Below are positions 27,946 to 37,461 of a DNA stretch of 60,327 bases, piece after piece (the first letter of the stretch is position 1; the number at the start of each line of letters is the position of its first letter). Origin of the DNA: an uncultured Lachnospiraceae bacterium (GTDB taxonomy: Bacteria; Bacillota; Clostridia; Oscillospirales; CAG-272). Below the pieces are notes generated by a model. It ran no database searches. It saw nothing but the letters and a program-made list of their open reading frames with translations, and was not told the origin of the DNA. The position numbers were made by a program, and so were the translations under genes. The stretch is from positions 1-60,327 of the forward strand of contig CAYXBY010000002.1 of NCBI GenBank assembly GCA_964463325.1, given 5' to 3'.

Positions 27946-28812
27946 ATGTGGATAGCGGATCAGTGGAAGGATTACGAGCTGACCGACGCCTCTGAGGGCG
28001 AGCGGCTCGAGAGATGGGGAAAGTATGTGCTCATACGTCCAGACCCCCAGATAATTTGGAAAAACGACAACAAGGCGGCCGATTGGAGTCGCGCTGACGG
28101 CATATATCGCCGCTCGTCGGGCGGCGGTGGCGGCTGGGTGCGCAATCGGCTGCCCGAGGAATGGACGGTAAGGTACGGCGAGCTGACATTCATGCTCAAG
28201 CCCATGGGCTTCAAGCACACCGGGCTGTTTCCCGAGCAGGCGGCCAATTGGGATTGGTTTGGACGGCTGATACGCGAGGCCGGACGCCCCATCAAGCTGC
28301 TCAATCTGTTCGCCTACACCGGCGGGGCTACCGTCGCGGCGGCGGCAGCGGGGGCATCGGTCTGCCATGTTGACGCGGCACGCGGCATGGTGGCGCAGGC
28401 CAAGCAAAACGCGGCGCTGAGCGGCCTTGAGTCGGCGCCGATACGCTATATCGTTGACGACTGTGTGAAATTCACCGAGCGCGAGATACGCCGCGGCAAC
28501 AAATATGACGCCATCATTATGGATCCGCCGTCATACGGCCGTGGGCCATCCGGCGAGGTGTGGAAGATAGAGGACAACATCGACCGTCTGGTCACGCTGT
28601 GCGCTCAGGTGCTCAGCGACCGGCCGCTGTTCTTCCTCATCAACAGCTACACCACCGGTCTGTCGCCGCTGACCATGAAATATATACTTGATATGCACAT
28701 CACGTCGCGCTACGGCGGCGGCAGCACGGCTGAGGAGCTGGCACTGCCTGTTCGTTGTACCGGCGGCGCGTTACCCTGCGGCGCGTCGGCGCGCTGGCAG
28801 GCAACAAAATAA
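27946..28812 (+). CDS. class I SAM-dependent methyltransferase (RlmI/RlmK-like Methyltrans_SAM family)
   Basis: LLNLFAYTGGATVAAA (SAM motif I) and IIMDPPSYGRG (the DPP motif typical of this rRNA methyltransferase family). Confidence 0.75.
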   Translation: MWIADQWKDYELTDASEGERLERWGKYVLIRPDPQIIWKNDNKAADWSRADGIYRRSSGGGGGWVRNRLPEEWTVRYGELTFMLKPMGFKHTGLFPEQAANWDWFGRLIREAGRPIKLLNLFAYTGGATVAAAAAGASVCHVDAARGMVAQAKQNAALSGLESAPIRYIVDDCVKFTEREIRRGNKYDAIIMDPPSYGRGPSGEVWKIEDNIDRLVTLCAQVLSDRPLFFLINSYTTGLSPLTMKYILDMHITSRYGGGSTAEELALPVRCTGGALPCGASARWQATK

Positions 28813-28831
28813 TTGAGGAATTCTTTGGTAA

Positions 28832-29722
28832 ATGAGTGAAGCCTTTATAAAAGCCACCGGCGTTCGCTGTCTGTACAAGGACGAAAACGGGCGCGATGCG
28901 GTGGCGCTGGATGATATTGATCTTGAAATACAGCGCGGCGAGTACATCGCCATCATCGGGCGCAACGGCTCTGGCAAATCAACGCTGGCCAAACTGTTCA
29001 ACATGATACTTGACCCAGAATGCGGTACGATAACCGTCGATGGCATTGACATAACCTCGCCCGAGCTGGACGAGCAGACCATGCTTGAGGTTCGTCGACG
29101 TATCGGCATGGTGTTTCAGAACCCCGACAACCAGCTGGTGGCGACCATCGTTGAGGAGGACGTCGCCTTTGGCCCCGAAAATCTCGGTGTGCCGCAAGCA
29201 GAGCTGCGTCGCCGCGTCGACGAGGCGCTGGCGACCGTCGGCATGACGGAATACGCCCACCACGAGCCGCACCGACTGTCGGGAGGTCAAAAGCAGCGTG
29301 TGGCCATTGCGGGAGTGCTGTCCATGAAGCCGGACTGCATTATTCTTGACGAGTCGACAGCCATGCTCGACCCGCGCGGCCGCGCCGAGGTGATAGACAC
29401 CGTCGAGCGGCTCAACCGCGAGGAGGGTATAACTGTCATTATGATAACGCATTATATGAATGAGGCGGTAAGAGCCGGGCGTGTCATAATGCTGGACAAT
29501 GGGCACCTGGTCAAGGACGCCACGCCGCGTGAGATATTTTCGGATCCCGCGCTGCTGCGCCGATATGGGCTGGATGTGCCGCAATCGGTGGCGCTGGTCG
29601 AGCAGCTGCGCCGTTCCGGACTGCCCATCGAGGGCAGCCCCATCTCGCCCGAGGAATGTGCGCAGGCGATAGATGCCGCGCTGCGTCGGGCGACCGGCAG
29701 AAGGGAGGCATTTGGTAAATGA
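28832..29722 (+). CDS. ecfA1: ECF transporter ATPase component EcfA1
   Basis: Walker A GRNGSGKST, signature LSGGQKQR, Walker B ILDEST. Confidence 0.92.
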   Translation: MSEAFIKATGVRCLYKDENGRDAVALDDIDLEIQRGEYIAIIGRNGSGKSTLAKLFNMILDPECGTITVDGIDITSPELDEQTMLEVRRRIGMVFQNPDNQLVATIVEEDVAFGPENLGVPQAELRRRVDEALATVGMTEYAHHEPHRLSGGQKQRVAIAGVLSMKPDCIILDESTAMLDPRGRAEVIDTVERLNREEGITVIMITHYMNEAVRAGRVIMLDNGHLVKDATPREIFSDPALLRRYGLDVPQSVALVEQLRRSGLPIEGSPISPEECAQAIDAALRRATGRREAFGK

Positions 29723-30570
29723 GTGTGACCAAGCTTCGCCTTGAGGGCATATCATATGTTTACGGCGCAGGCACGCCATACGAAAAGCATGCGCTGAGGG
29801 ATGTCGATCTCGATATCCCCGCCGGTCTCATTACCGGTGTGATCGGGCATACGGGCTCGGGTAAATCGACGCTGATGCAGCTGCTGAACGGCCTTGAGCG
29901 GCCGACAACGGGGCGGGTCTATCTTGATGGGCGCGACATTTGGGAGCAGCCCAAAAAGATATCCGAGGTGCGTTTTCGCGTCGGGCTGGTGATGCAATAT
30001 CCCGAATATCAGCTTTTTGAAGAGACTGTCGAGAAGGACATAGCCTTCGGTCCGCGCAATATGAAGCTGAGCGAAAAAGAGATAGCGGAGCGTGTCGCCG
30101 AGGCGGCAGGTTTTGTGGGGCTGGCGCCCGAGCTGATGAAGAAATCTCCGTTTGACCTGTCGGGCGGCGAAAAGCGTCGCGCAGCTATCGCCGGCGTTAT
30201 GGCCATGACGCCCGAGGTGCTGGTGCTTGACGAGCCGGCAGCGGGGCTTGACCCTGTCGGTCGGGCGACGATATTTGACGCTGTCGAGCGCTATCGCGCC
30301 GGCACGGGTGCCACGGTGCTCATCGTCAGTCACAGCATGGAGGACATGGCGCGCATATGCGACAACATCGTGGTGCTGTCGGAGGGGCGCGTGATCATGA
30401 GCGGCAGCACGGACGAGGTGTTTGGCCGCGCCGATGAGCTGTCGTCCTGCGGGCTGGACATTCCCGAGATATCCAAGCTAATGCTGAGACTGCGGGAGCT
30501 TGGTACGCCGGTGGAGCGCATACCCTATTCCGTTGACGGTGCATATGAAATTCTGAGGAAAGATATCTGA
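29719..30570 (+). CDS. ecfA2: ECF transporter ATPase component EcfA2
   Basis: Walker A GHTGSGKST, signature LSGGEKRR. 4-nt overlap with ecfA1. Confidence 0.92.
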   Translation: MSVTKLRLEGISYVYGAGTPYEKHALRDVDLDIPAGLITGVIGHTGSGKSTLMQLLNGLERPTTGRVYLDGRDIWEQPKKISEVRFRVGLVMQYPEYQLFEETVEKDIAFGPRNMKLSEKEIAERVAEAAGFVGLAPELMKKSPFDLSGGEKRRAAIAGVMAMTPEVLVLDEPAAGLDPVGRATIFDAVERYRAGTGATVLIVSHSMEDMARICDNIVVLSEGRVIMSGSTDEVFGRADELSSCGLDIPEISKLMLRLRELGTPVERIPYSVDGAYEILRKDI

Positions 30571-30572
30571 TC

Positions 30573-31394
30573 ATGAACAATATAACGCTGGGGCAGTATT
30601 ACCCCGCACATTCACTGCTGCACAGTCTGGATGCGCGGATCAAGGTGGTATTAGCTATGCTCTATATAGTCTGCTCCTTTTTATGCAAGAATGTCATCAG
30701 CTATGCCGTGCTGCTCGCATCGGCGCTGATACTTATACTTATCTCGCGCATACCGCTGCGGCTGATCTTCCGCGCACTGCGCCCGGTGCTGTTTATACTG
30801 CTGTTCACTGTGGTCATCAACGTGCTGTGGACGCAGGGCGAGGTGCTGCTGGTCGAGTGGTGGATCATCAAAATATACTTTGAGGGCATAATGAATTCCG
30901 TATTTGTGGGCGTGCGCATTGTGGTGCTCATCGTCGGAAGCAGCGTGTTTTTGACCTACACCACCACCCCCATCGAGCTGACGGACGCGCTTGAGAGCCT
31001 GCTTTCGCCGTTGCGCGTGCTGCATGTGCCGGTGCACGAGTTTGCCATGATGGTGACTATCGCGTTGCGCTTTATTCCCATCCTTTCGGAGGAAACGACC
31101 AAAATAATGCAGGCGCAGAAGGCTCGCGGTGCGGATTTTGCATCCGGAAGCCTTATGCAGCGTGCGCGTGCGCTGATCCCGGTGCTGATACCGCTGTTCG
31201 TCTCGGCCTTCAGACGTGCGGACGAGCTGGCGACGGCCATGGAGTGCCGCTGCTATCACGGCGGTGATGGGCGTACCAAGCTTTACATTCCGCATTGCCG
31301 CGCCCGCGACTTTATCATGCTGGGAGCTGTGATAGTGCTCGGCGCTGGCTTGATCTGGCTGAATATTCTCGGCATTGGATATACCATGGCGTGA
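30573..31394 (+). CDS. ecfT: ECF transporter transmembrane component EcfT
   Basis: CbiQ/EcfT-type membrane protein with a QKARGADF coupling-helix motif. Conserved ecfA1-ecfA2-ecfT-truA order. Confidence 0.9.
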   Translation: MNNITLGQYYPAHSLLHSLDARIKVVLAMLYIVCSFLCKNVISYAVLLASALILILISRIPLRLIFRALRPVLFILLFTVVINVLWTQGEVLLVEWWIIKIYFEGIMNSVFVGVRIVVLIVGSSVFLTYTTTPIELTDALESLLSPLRVLHVPVHEFAMMVTIALRFIPILSEETTKIMQAQKARGADFASGSLMQRARALIPVLIPLFVSAFRRADELATAMECRCYHGGDGRTKLYIPHCRARDFIMLGAVIVLGAGLIWLNILGIGYTMA

Positions 31395-31408
31395 GGGCAT
31401 AATATATA

Positions 31409-32167
31409 ATGAAGCTATTTTTGAAGATATGCTATCTCGGGACGGCCTACAGCGGCTATCAGACGCAAAAGAACGGTCTCGGTATCCAGCAGGTGCTGGG
31501 CGAGGCGGCGGAGCGGCTGTTTGGCTGCCGCTGTGACATATGCGGCTGTAGCCGCACGGATCGCGGGGTGCATGCAAACGAATTTTGCCTGACTGTGTGC
31601 GAGCATGGGCTCGACAGGCTCGAGACCACCGTTCCAGACGACGGCATTCTGCGCGCACTGAACACCTATCTCCCGCCAGATATCGCAGTGCTTTCGGTCG
31701 AATGGCGACCGGGTGACTTTCACCCGCGCTACAGCGCCAGTGGAAAGCAGTATGTCTACAGGATATATAATTCGCCAGTTCGCTCACCCTTTGAGGAGGG
31801 CAGGGCGCTGCACTATGTGCGTCGAATCGATGATGCGGCGCTCGAGCGCATGCAGCGTGCGGCGGACGGACTGCTTGGAAAACATGATTTTTCAAGCTTG
31901 ATGGCGTCGGGATCTGACGTCACAGATCGAGAAAGAACCATCACACGAGCGGAGTTTATTCGAAATGGTGACATAATATACTTTTATATTGCCGCCGACG
32001 GGTTCCTTTACAATATGGTGCGCATAATAGTTGGTACACTGCTGGAGGTGGCCGAGGGTCGTCGCGAGCCGGAGTCGATGACGGCGCTGCTCGAGGCGCG
32101 TGACCGCCGTCTGGCCGGTCGAACGGCACCGGCCTGCGGGCTGTACCTTGACAGAGTGATGTATTAA
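31409..32167 (+). CDS. truA: tRNA pseudouridine(38-40) synthase TruA
   Basis: Catalytic region GCSRTDRGVHA. 252 aa. Confidence 0.93.
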   Translation: MKLFLKICYLGTAYSGYQTQKNGLGIQQVLGEAAERLFGCRCDICGCSRTDRGVHANEFCLTVCEHGLDRLETTVPDDGILRALNTYLPPDIAVLSVEWRPGDFHPRYSASGKQYVYRIYNSPVRSPFEEGRALHYVRRIDDAALERMQRAADGLLGKHDFSSLMASGSDVTDRERTITRAEFIRNGDIIYFYIAADGFLYNMVRIIVGTLLEVAEGRREPESMTALLEARDRRLAGRTAPACGLYLDRVMY

Positions 32168-32190
32168 AACTAAAGCTGAACGGAGGACAT

Positions 32191-33411
32191 ATGACGGTGG
32201 TTGGAAAGCTGCGGAGCCTCAAAAATCGAATCATGTCCTCACTGACGCCGCAGCCGGAGGAGGGCTACTGCACCAGCGTCGAGCGGCGGTATCGCATGGC
32301 AGGACTGGTGATAACGGTGCTGCTGGTGATATTCATGCTGGCGTCGCTGATATTTGGCTATCGCGAGTGGACATATGAGAATGTTTATTATTTTTTTCGC
32401 GAGCTCGATACAGTGCTGTCATCGGATGCGCGGCCGGCCGGCTCGATAAGCTACGGCTCGGGCGAGGTGCGCAGCTATGCCGCCTTTAAGGGCGGGATCG
32501 CGGTGGCGGACAGATACAGCGTGTCGGTCTACTCGGCTGGCGGGCGTCGAACGGCGGAGCTTAATGTCGGATATTTCACGCCCCAGCTGCGCACGTCGGA
32601 CAAATATCTGCTCATATATGAATCGGGCGGCGGAGCCTTCAGCGTCTGCAATTCCTTTGTCAGACTTTACTCCGAAACGCTGGACGGCACCATTTACAGC
32701 GCCGACATAAATGCTCGCGGCGAGGTGTTAGTGCACACCTCCAGCAGCAAATATAGCGCAGTGCTGTATCTGTATGGCAGTGGCTTTTCGCGAGAGGCGG
32801 CATATTATATCGGTGACTATGTCACCGCCTGTGCGCTCAGTGACGACGGCAGATATGTGCTTGCCGCGACTGCCGATGCGCGAGGTGGTGAGTACGCCTC
32901 GGCGCTACGGCTGTATCGTCGTGGCGAGACGGAAAGCACGGTGCTGCTTGACGTCGACGGCGAGCTGATACTGAGCTGTGGCGCCTTCTCGGATGGCTTT
33001 TATGCCGTGACCGACCGCGGTATCTATTTGCTTGATCGCGCGGGCGGGCTGCGCGGTGATGTTGAGCTTGGCGCAGGGCAGAGCCCGGTCGCGCTCGAGA
33101 TAGGGGAAGACTGCCTTGCGTTGACAGCCCGCGACGCGAACGGCTATTCATTGCTGCTTGCTACGTCTGCCGGCGAGAGCCGCGAGATGAGGCTGGACTC
33201 TGCGCCGCTGGCGCTGGGTATCGCCGGACGCCGTGCTTATGTGCTGCTTGACGGCGCTGTCGCCGAATATGATCTTTTGGGAAGCGGCAGCTCGACACTG
33301 CTTGAATGCGCTCCCGGAGGGCTTGACATGGTGGTAACGGCGGCGCGGCGCGTGCTCGTATGCTACGCCACGGAGGCGGTTTATTATGATCTTGCGGAGG
33401 GGAGAAAATGA
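32191..33411 (+). CDS. membrane-anchored hypothetical protein, beta-rich ectodomain (possibly DUF5711-like)
   Basis: One N-terminal TM segment (GLVITVLLVIFMLASLIF), then ~330 aa of repetitive short strand-like segments (YSVSVYSAGG, YLLIYESGG, VLVHTSS, RYVLAAT, LILSCGA, FYAVTDRGIYLLD...). The family name is a recollection, not a search result. Confidence 0.6.
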   Translation: MTVVGKLRSLKNRIMSSLTPQPEEGYCTSVERRYRMAGLVITVLLVIFMLASLIFGYREWTYENVYYFFRELDTVLSSDARPAGSISYGSGEVRSYAAFKGGIAVADRYSVSVYSAGGRRTAELNVGYFTPQLRTSDKYLLIYESGGGAFSVCNSFVRLYSETLDGTIYSADINARGEVLVHTSSSKYSAVLYLYGSGFSREAAYYIGDYVTACALSDDGRYVLAATADARGGEYASALRLYRRGETESTVLLDVDGELILSCGAFSDGFYAVTDRGIYLLDRAGGLRGDVELGAGQSPVALEIGEDCLALTARDANGYSLLLATSAGESREMRLDSAPLALGIAGRRAYVLLDGAVAEYDLLGSGSSTLLECAPGGLDMVVTAARRVLVCYATEAVYYDLAEGRK

Positions 33412-34109
33412 ATGTTTTACTTGACGGATTGCTTTTGGCAATAGTCATTTTTACAGTCATTATATATTATCATCGCGGTTTTGTTAAGATAGTGCTGGGC
33501 TTTGGTAAGTCATTTCTTTCATTCGTCTGCGCGGCACTGTTTGGTAAGGCGCTGGGGGAGCTGCTGGCAACGCACTTCTTTGACTCTCGGCTGACTGATA
33601 CGGTTTATAACACGCTGCATGGGCTGTGCTCCGAGGGGGGTGTGCTCGATCCTTCAAGACTTGGCAGCATGCCGCAGTCGCTGCGCACACTGGCGACGCA
33701 GTGCGGCGCGGATGTCGATGCAATAATAGCCTCCAGCGCCGAGGGCGCGACAGTCGAGGCCTATCTTGCCGACATCGCACAGCAGATAGCACTGCCGATC
33801 TCAGCGGTCATCTCTCGGCTGGTAGGATATGTGCTGGTGTTTATCGTGGCATATCTGCTGCTGTTGCTGCTGGCATTCGTTATTGAGGGTGTGGCAGAGT
33901 TGCCGGTGCTTCGCACGGTGAACCACCTGTTGGGGCTGATAGTCGGTCTTGTGTGTGCAGTGATATTTGCATTTGTGTTTGTGCTGGTGGCGCGTGCAGT
34001 GCTGTATTATATCATTGCCTCGGGCGACCCCCGGCAGGCGGCCGATATCGTTGACAGTACTATATTATTCAAATACCTTTGCCGCGTCGGCGGGATAACA
34101 ATATGGTAA
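33408..34109 (+). CDS. cvpA: CvpA-family membrane protein
   Basis: MNVLLDGLLLAIVIFTVIIYYHRGFVKIVLGFGKSFLSFV... is a typical CvpA N-terminus. ATGA overlap with the upstream stop. Confidence 0.8.
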   Translation: MNVLLDGLLLAIVIFTVIIYYHRGFVKIVLGFGKSFLSFVCAALFGKALGELLATHFFDSRLTDTVYNTLHGLCSEGGVLDPSRLGSMPQSLRTLATQCGADVDAIIASSAEGATVEAYLADIAQQIALPISAVISRLVGYVLVFIVAYLLLLLLAFVIEGVAELPVLRTVNHLLGLIVGLVCAVIFAFVFVLVARAVLYYIIASGDPRQAADIVDSTILFKYLCRVGGITIW

Positions 34110-34157
34110 TCAGATAATTGAAATCAAGTTGTAAAGGATAAAATGGTAAACTGAAGC

Positions 34158-36479
34158 ATGGTAATGTGTTCAAGATGCAAAAAGCGGGTCGCGGCGGTGT
34201 TCGTGACCAAAATGGAGAATGGCGAAAAGGTGACCGAGGGTCTCTGCCTTCGCTGTGCCAAGGAGCTGGGGCTGCCCGTCGACAATATGCTCGGCGACAT
34301 TATGGGCAAGCTGGGCGTGACGCCCGATCAGCTCGAAAATATGGAGGACGACGTGATAGGCATGCTACAGGGTGGTGATATGCTGCCCTCGGACGCCGAT
34401 GACAGCGAGGACGGCGGTGCTCCCGCTATAGATTTCCCTAAGCTTTTCCGTGAGAGTGGGCTTATCCCCGACGACCGCGAAAAGCCCGAGGCTTCCAAGC
34501 CGCACAGGGAAGAAAAGAAGGAGTCGGAGCCGGGGAAAAAGGCCAAAAAGCGCAAGTTTCTCGATACCTATTGTCGGAATCTGACCGCGCTCGCGGCTGA
34601 CGGCAAGCTTGACGCCATAGTCGGGCGAGATCGCGAGCTGGAGCGCGTGATACAGATACTTTGCCGCCGTCAGAAGAACAATCCCTGCCTGATCGGCGAG
34701 CCCGGCGTCGGTAAGACTGCCATTGCCGAGGCGCTGTCACAGCGTATTGCGGCCGGTTATGTGCCGTATAAGCTGCGTGGGCGCGAGGTCTATTTGGTCG
34801 ACCTGACGGCGCTGGTCGCCGGGACACAGTTCCGCGGGCAGTTTGAGTCGCGCGTGCTGGGCTTGCTCGGCGAGGTGCGCGAGGCGGGCAACATTATACT
34901 GTTTATCGACGAGGTGCACAACATAGTCGGTGCTGGCGACGCCGAGGGCAGCATGAACGCGGCCAATATGCTCAAGCCGGCGCTGTCGCGCGGTGAGGTT
35001 CAGGTCATAGGCGCAACAACGCTGACCGAGTACCGCAAGTATATCGAAAAGGATACCGCGCTCGAGCGCCGTTTTCAGCCGGTGACGGTCAATGAGCCGT
35101 CCGTCGGCGACACCATCGACATGCTGCGCGGCATCAAGCACTATTATGAGGATTTCCACCTGGTGCATATTCCTGACGACATGCTCGAGCGGACTGTGCG
35201 CATGTCCGAGCGCTATATCACCGACCGCTATCTGCCCGATAAGGCCATCGACCTGCTCGACGAGGCGGCATCTGCGCTGTCGCTGAGCAGCGCGGCGCTG
35301 AATGAGTCCTATGTTCTGCGCGACAGAATGCTTGAGCTCAAGGCGCAGCGCGAGGCGCTGGAAAATCAGCAGACAGAGGCCGGCGAGGCCGACGAGCGCC
35401 GCTTTGAGCGCATAGCCAAGCTCAAGGAGGAGGAAATAAAGCTTGCCGATTCCATGAAGCAGAACGAGGCGCTGTGCCAGGCTGTGACGCTGAGCGAGGA
35501 GGATCTGGCGCGCGTGGTCGAGGTCTGGACGGGCATCCCCGCCACCTCTATCACCGAAAATGAATTTGAGCGTATCGACCACCTGGCCGAGCGGCTCAAG
35601 ACGCATATAATCGGTCAGGATGAGGCCGTCGACGCCGTGGCGCGTGCCATAAAGCGCAACCGTGCGGGCGTTTCCTACAAGCGCAAGCCGGTGTCCTTCA
35701 TTTTTGCCGGTCCCACCGGCGTGGGCAAGACCGAGCTGGTCAAAACGCTGGCGGCCGACCTGTTTGATTCTCCCGAGACGCTGATACGGCTGGATATGTC
35801 TGAGTTTATGGAAAAGCATTCGGTGTCGCGCATTATCGGCTCGCCTCCCGGCTATGTCGGCTACGATGAGGCGGGACAGCTCACCGAAAAGATACGCCGC
35901 CGCCCCTATTCCGTGATACTGTTCGACGAGATAGATAAGGCGCACCCCGATGTGCTCAACATACTGCTTCAGATACTTGACGACGGACGTATAACCGACG
36001 CGCACGGCAAGACGGTCAATTTTGAAAACACCGTGCTCATCATGACCACAAATGCCGGCTCAGATGGCGGCGCGACAGCGGTCGGTTTTTCGGAGAACGC
36101 CACCGCAGCCGGCAAGGCCAAGACCGAAAAGGCACTGTCTGCCTTCCTGCGCCCCGAATTTATCAATCGTGTGGACGAGATAATTACCTTCCGTCAGCTG
36201 ACGGAGGCTGATTTTGAACGCATTGCGGTCATTATGCTGGATCAGCTGGCCACGGCGCTCGGCGAGAAGGGAATAACGCTGCACTATACGCCCGAGGCGG
36301 TGAGCATTATCGCCCGCGGCTCCTATTCCGCCAAGTACGGTGCGCGCAGCATGCGCAGATACATCCAGAGCCATGTCGAGGACAAATTGGCTGAGCTGAT
36401 AATCGCCGATTACAGCCGCAGTTGCACTCAGGCGCTGATATCTGCCGACGACGGACAGCTTAAGATCGCTTGCATGTGA
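34158..36479 (+). CDS. Clp/Hsp100 double-AAA+ ATPase (ClpC/ClpA-like) with N-terminal CxxC...CxxC module instead of Clp_N repeats
   Basis: Two Walker A sites (GEPGVGKTA, GPTGVGKTE), a short coiled-coil middle region, and an AVGFS putative ClpP-docking loop. The N-terminus is MVMCSRCKKRVAAVFVTKMENGEKVTEGLCLRCAKELG, followed by a ~100-aa charged linker. Confidence 0.85.
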   Translation: MVMCSRCKKRVAAVFVTKMENGEKVTEGLCLRCAKELGLPVDNMLGDIMGKLGVTPDQLENMEDDVIGMLQGGDMLPSDADDSEDGGAPAIDFPKLFRESGLIPDDREKPEASKPHREEKKESEPGKKAKKRKFLDTYCRNLTALAADGKLDAIVGRDRELERVIQILCRRQKNNPCLIGEPGVGKTAIAEALSQRIAAGYVPYKLRGREVYLVDLTALVAGTQFRGQFESRVLGLLGEVREAGNIILFIDEVHNIVGAGDAEGSMNAANMLKPALSRGEVQVIGATTLTEYRKYIEKDTALERRFQPVTVNEPSVGDTIDMLRGIKHYYEDFHLVHIPDDMLERTVRMSERYITDRYLPDKAIDLLDEAASALSLSSAALNESYVLRDRMLELKAQREALENQQTEAGEADERRFERIAKLKEEEIKLADSMKQNEALCQAVTLSEEDLARVVEVWTGIPATSITENEFERIDHLAERLKTHIIGQDEAVDAVARAIKRNRAGVSYKRKPVSFIFAGPTGVGKTELVKTLAADLFDSPETLIRLDMSEFMEKHSVSRIIGSPPGYVGYDEAGQLTEKIRRRPYSVILFDEIDKAHPDVLNILLQILDDGRITDAHGKTVNFENTVLIMTTNAGSDGGATAVGFSENATAAGKAKTEKALSAFLRPEFINRVDEIITFRQLTEADFERIAVIMLDQLATALGEKGITLHYTPEAVSIIARGSYSAKYGARSMRRYIQSHVEDKLAELIIADYSRSCTQALISADDGQLKIACM

Positions 36480-36518
36480 GCGAAATTGTAAATTTTTTGT
36501 GAACATTTTGATTTACTG

Positions 36519-36547
36519 TTGCCAAAAAGAGGGGACAGTGATATAAT
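36519..36547 (+). promoter_or_regulatory. sigma-70-type promoter for rpsB-tsf
   Basis: TTGCCA (36519-36524), 17 nt, TATAAT (36542-36547), with a TGa extended -10. Implies a leader of about 130 nt. Confidence 0.55.
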
Positions 36548-36684
36548 AACCGAGTATGGCGTCGGCACGAGCCGATGACACATATATAAATACACACACA
36601 TGGGTCTTAGCGTTGTCGGTGCCGCTTTGCGGTCCAGCCGCCCTATCCTATGTGGTGGAAAAAACCGAAGGAGGACATTTCAAA

Positions 36685-37431
36685 ATGTCAGTTATCTCAA
36701 TCAAGCAGCTGCTTGAAGCCGGCGTTCATTTCGGACACCACACCAGAAGATGGAACCCCAAGATGGCCGAGTACATCTTCACAGAAAGAAACGGCATCTA
36801 CATCATCGACCTGCAGAAGACCGTTAAGAAGTTCGACGAGGCTTATATGTTCGTCAGAGAGCTGTCTGCAAACGGCGGTACGCTGCTGTTCGTCGGCACC
36901 AAGAAGCAGGCTGCCGATGCTATCAAGGAGGAGGCTACCCGCTGCGGCATGTACTATGTCAACGTGAGATGGCCGGGCGGAATGCTCACCAACTTCAAGA
37001 CCATTCGCCGCTCCATCAACCGCCTCGACAAGCTGGTTGCAATGCAGGCTGACGGTACCTTTGATCAGCTTCCCAAGAAGGAGGTCACTGCAAAGCAGAA
37101 GCAGATCTTCAACCTTGAGAAGAACTACAGCGGTATCAAGAACATGGAGAAGCTGCCTGATGCAGTGTTCATCGTTGACCCCAAGAAGGAGAGAAACGCC
37201 GTTCTTGAGGCTAAGAAGCTGGGTATTCCGGTTATTGCTATCGTTGATACCAACTGCGATCCCGACGATGCCGATTACATCATTCCCGGTAACGATGACG
37301 CTATCCGCGCTATCCGCCTGATCTCCGCTACCCTGGCTGACGCCGTTATCGAGGGCAAGCAGGGCGAGCAGACCACCGAGGAGGCTCCCGCCGCTGAGGC
37401 TGCTGAGTCCGGCGAGGCTGCTGCCGAGTAA
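36685..37431 (+). CDS. rpsB: 30S ribosomal protein S2
   Basis: [39 protein letters not shown] at 36668-36676. The 43-codon N-terminal extension in the track (from 36556) is rejected. Confidence 0.96.
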   Translation: MSVISIKQLLEAGVHFGHHTRRWNPKMAEYIFTERNGIYIIDLQKTVKKFDEAYMFVRELSANGGTLLFVGTKKQAADAIKEEATRCGMYYVNVRWPGGMLTNFKTIRRSINRLDKLVAMQADGTFDQLPKKEVTAKQKQIFNLEKNYSGIKNMEKLPDAVFIVDPKKERNAVLEAKKLGIPVIAIVDTNCDPDDADYIIPGNDDAIRAIRLISATLADAVIEGKQGEQTTEEAPAAEAAESGEAAAE

Positions 37432-37461
37432 TTGACAAATAATCGAAAGGAATTTAATAAA

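Noticed and set aside
36556-36684. 43-codon N-terminal extension of rpsB starting at ATG 36556 (the track ORF).
   Set aside because: S2 proteins start at the conserved [18 protein letters not shown], which here has a strong GAAGGAGGA RBS. The upstream ATG has no RBS and would sit at the very 5' end of the predicted transcript.
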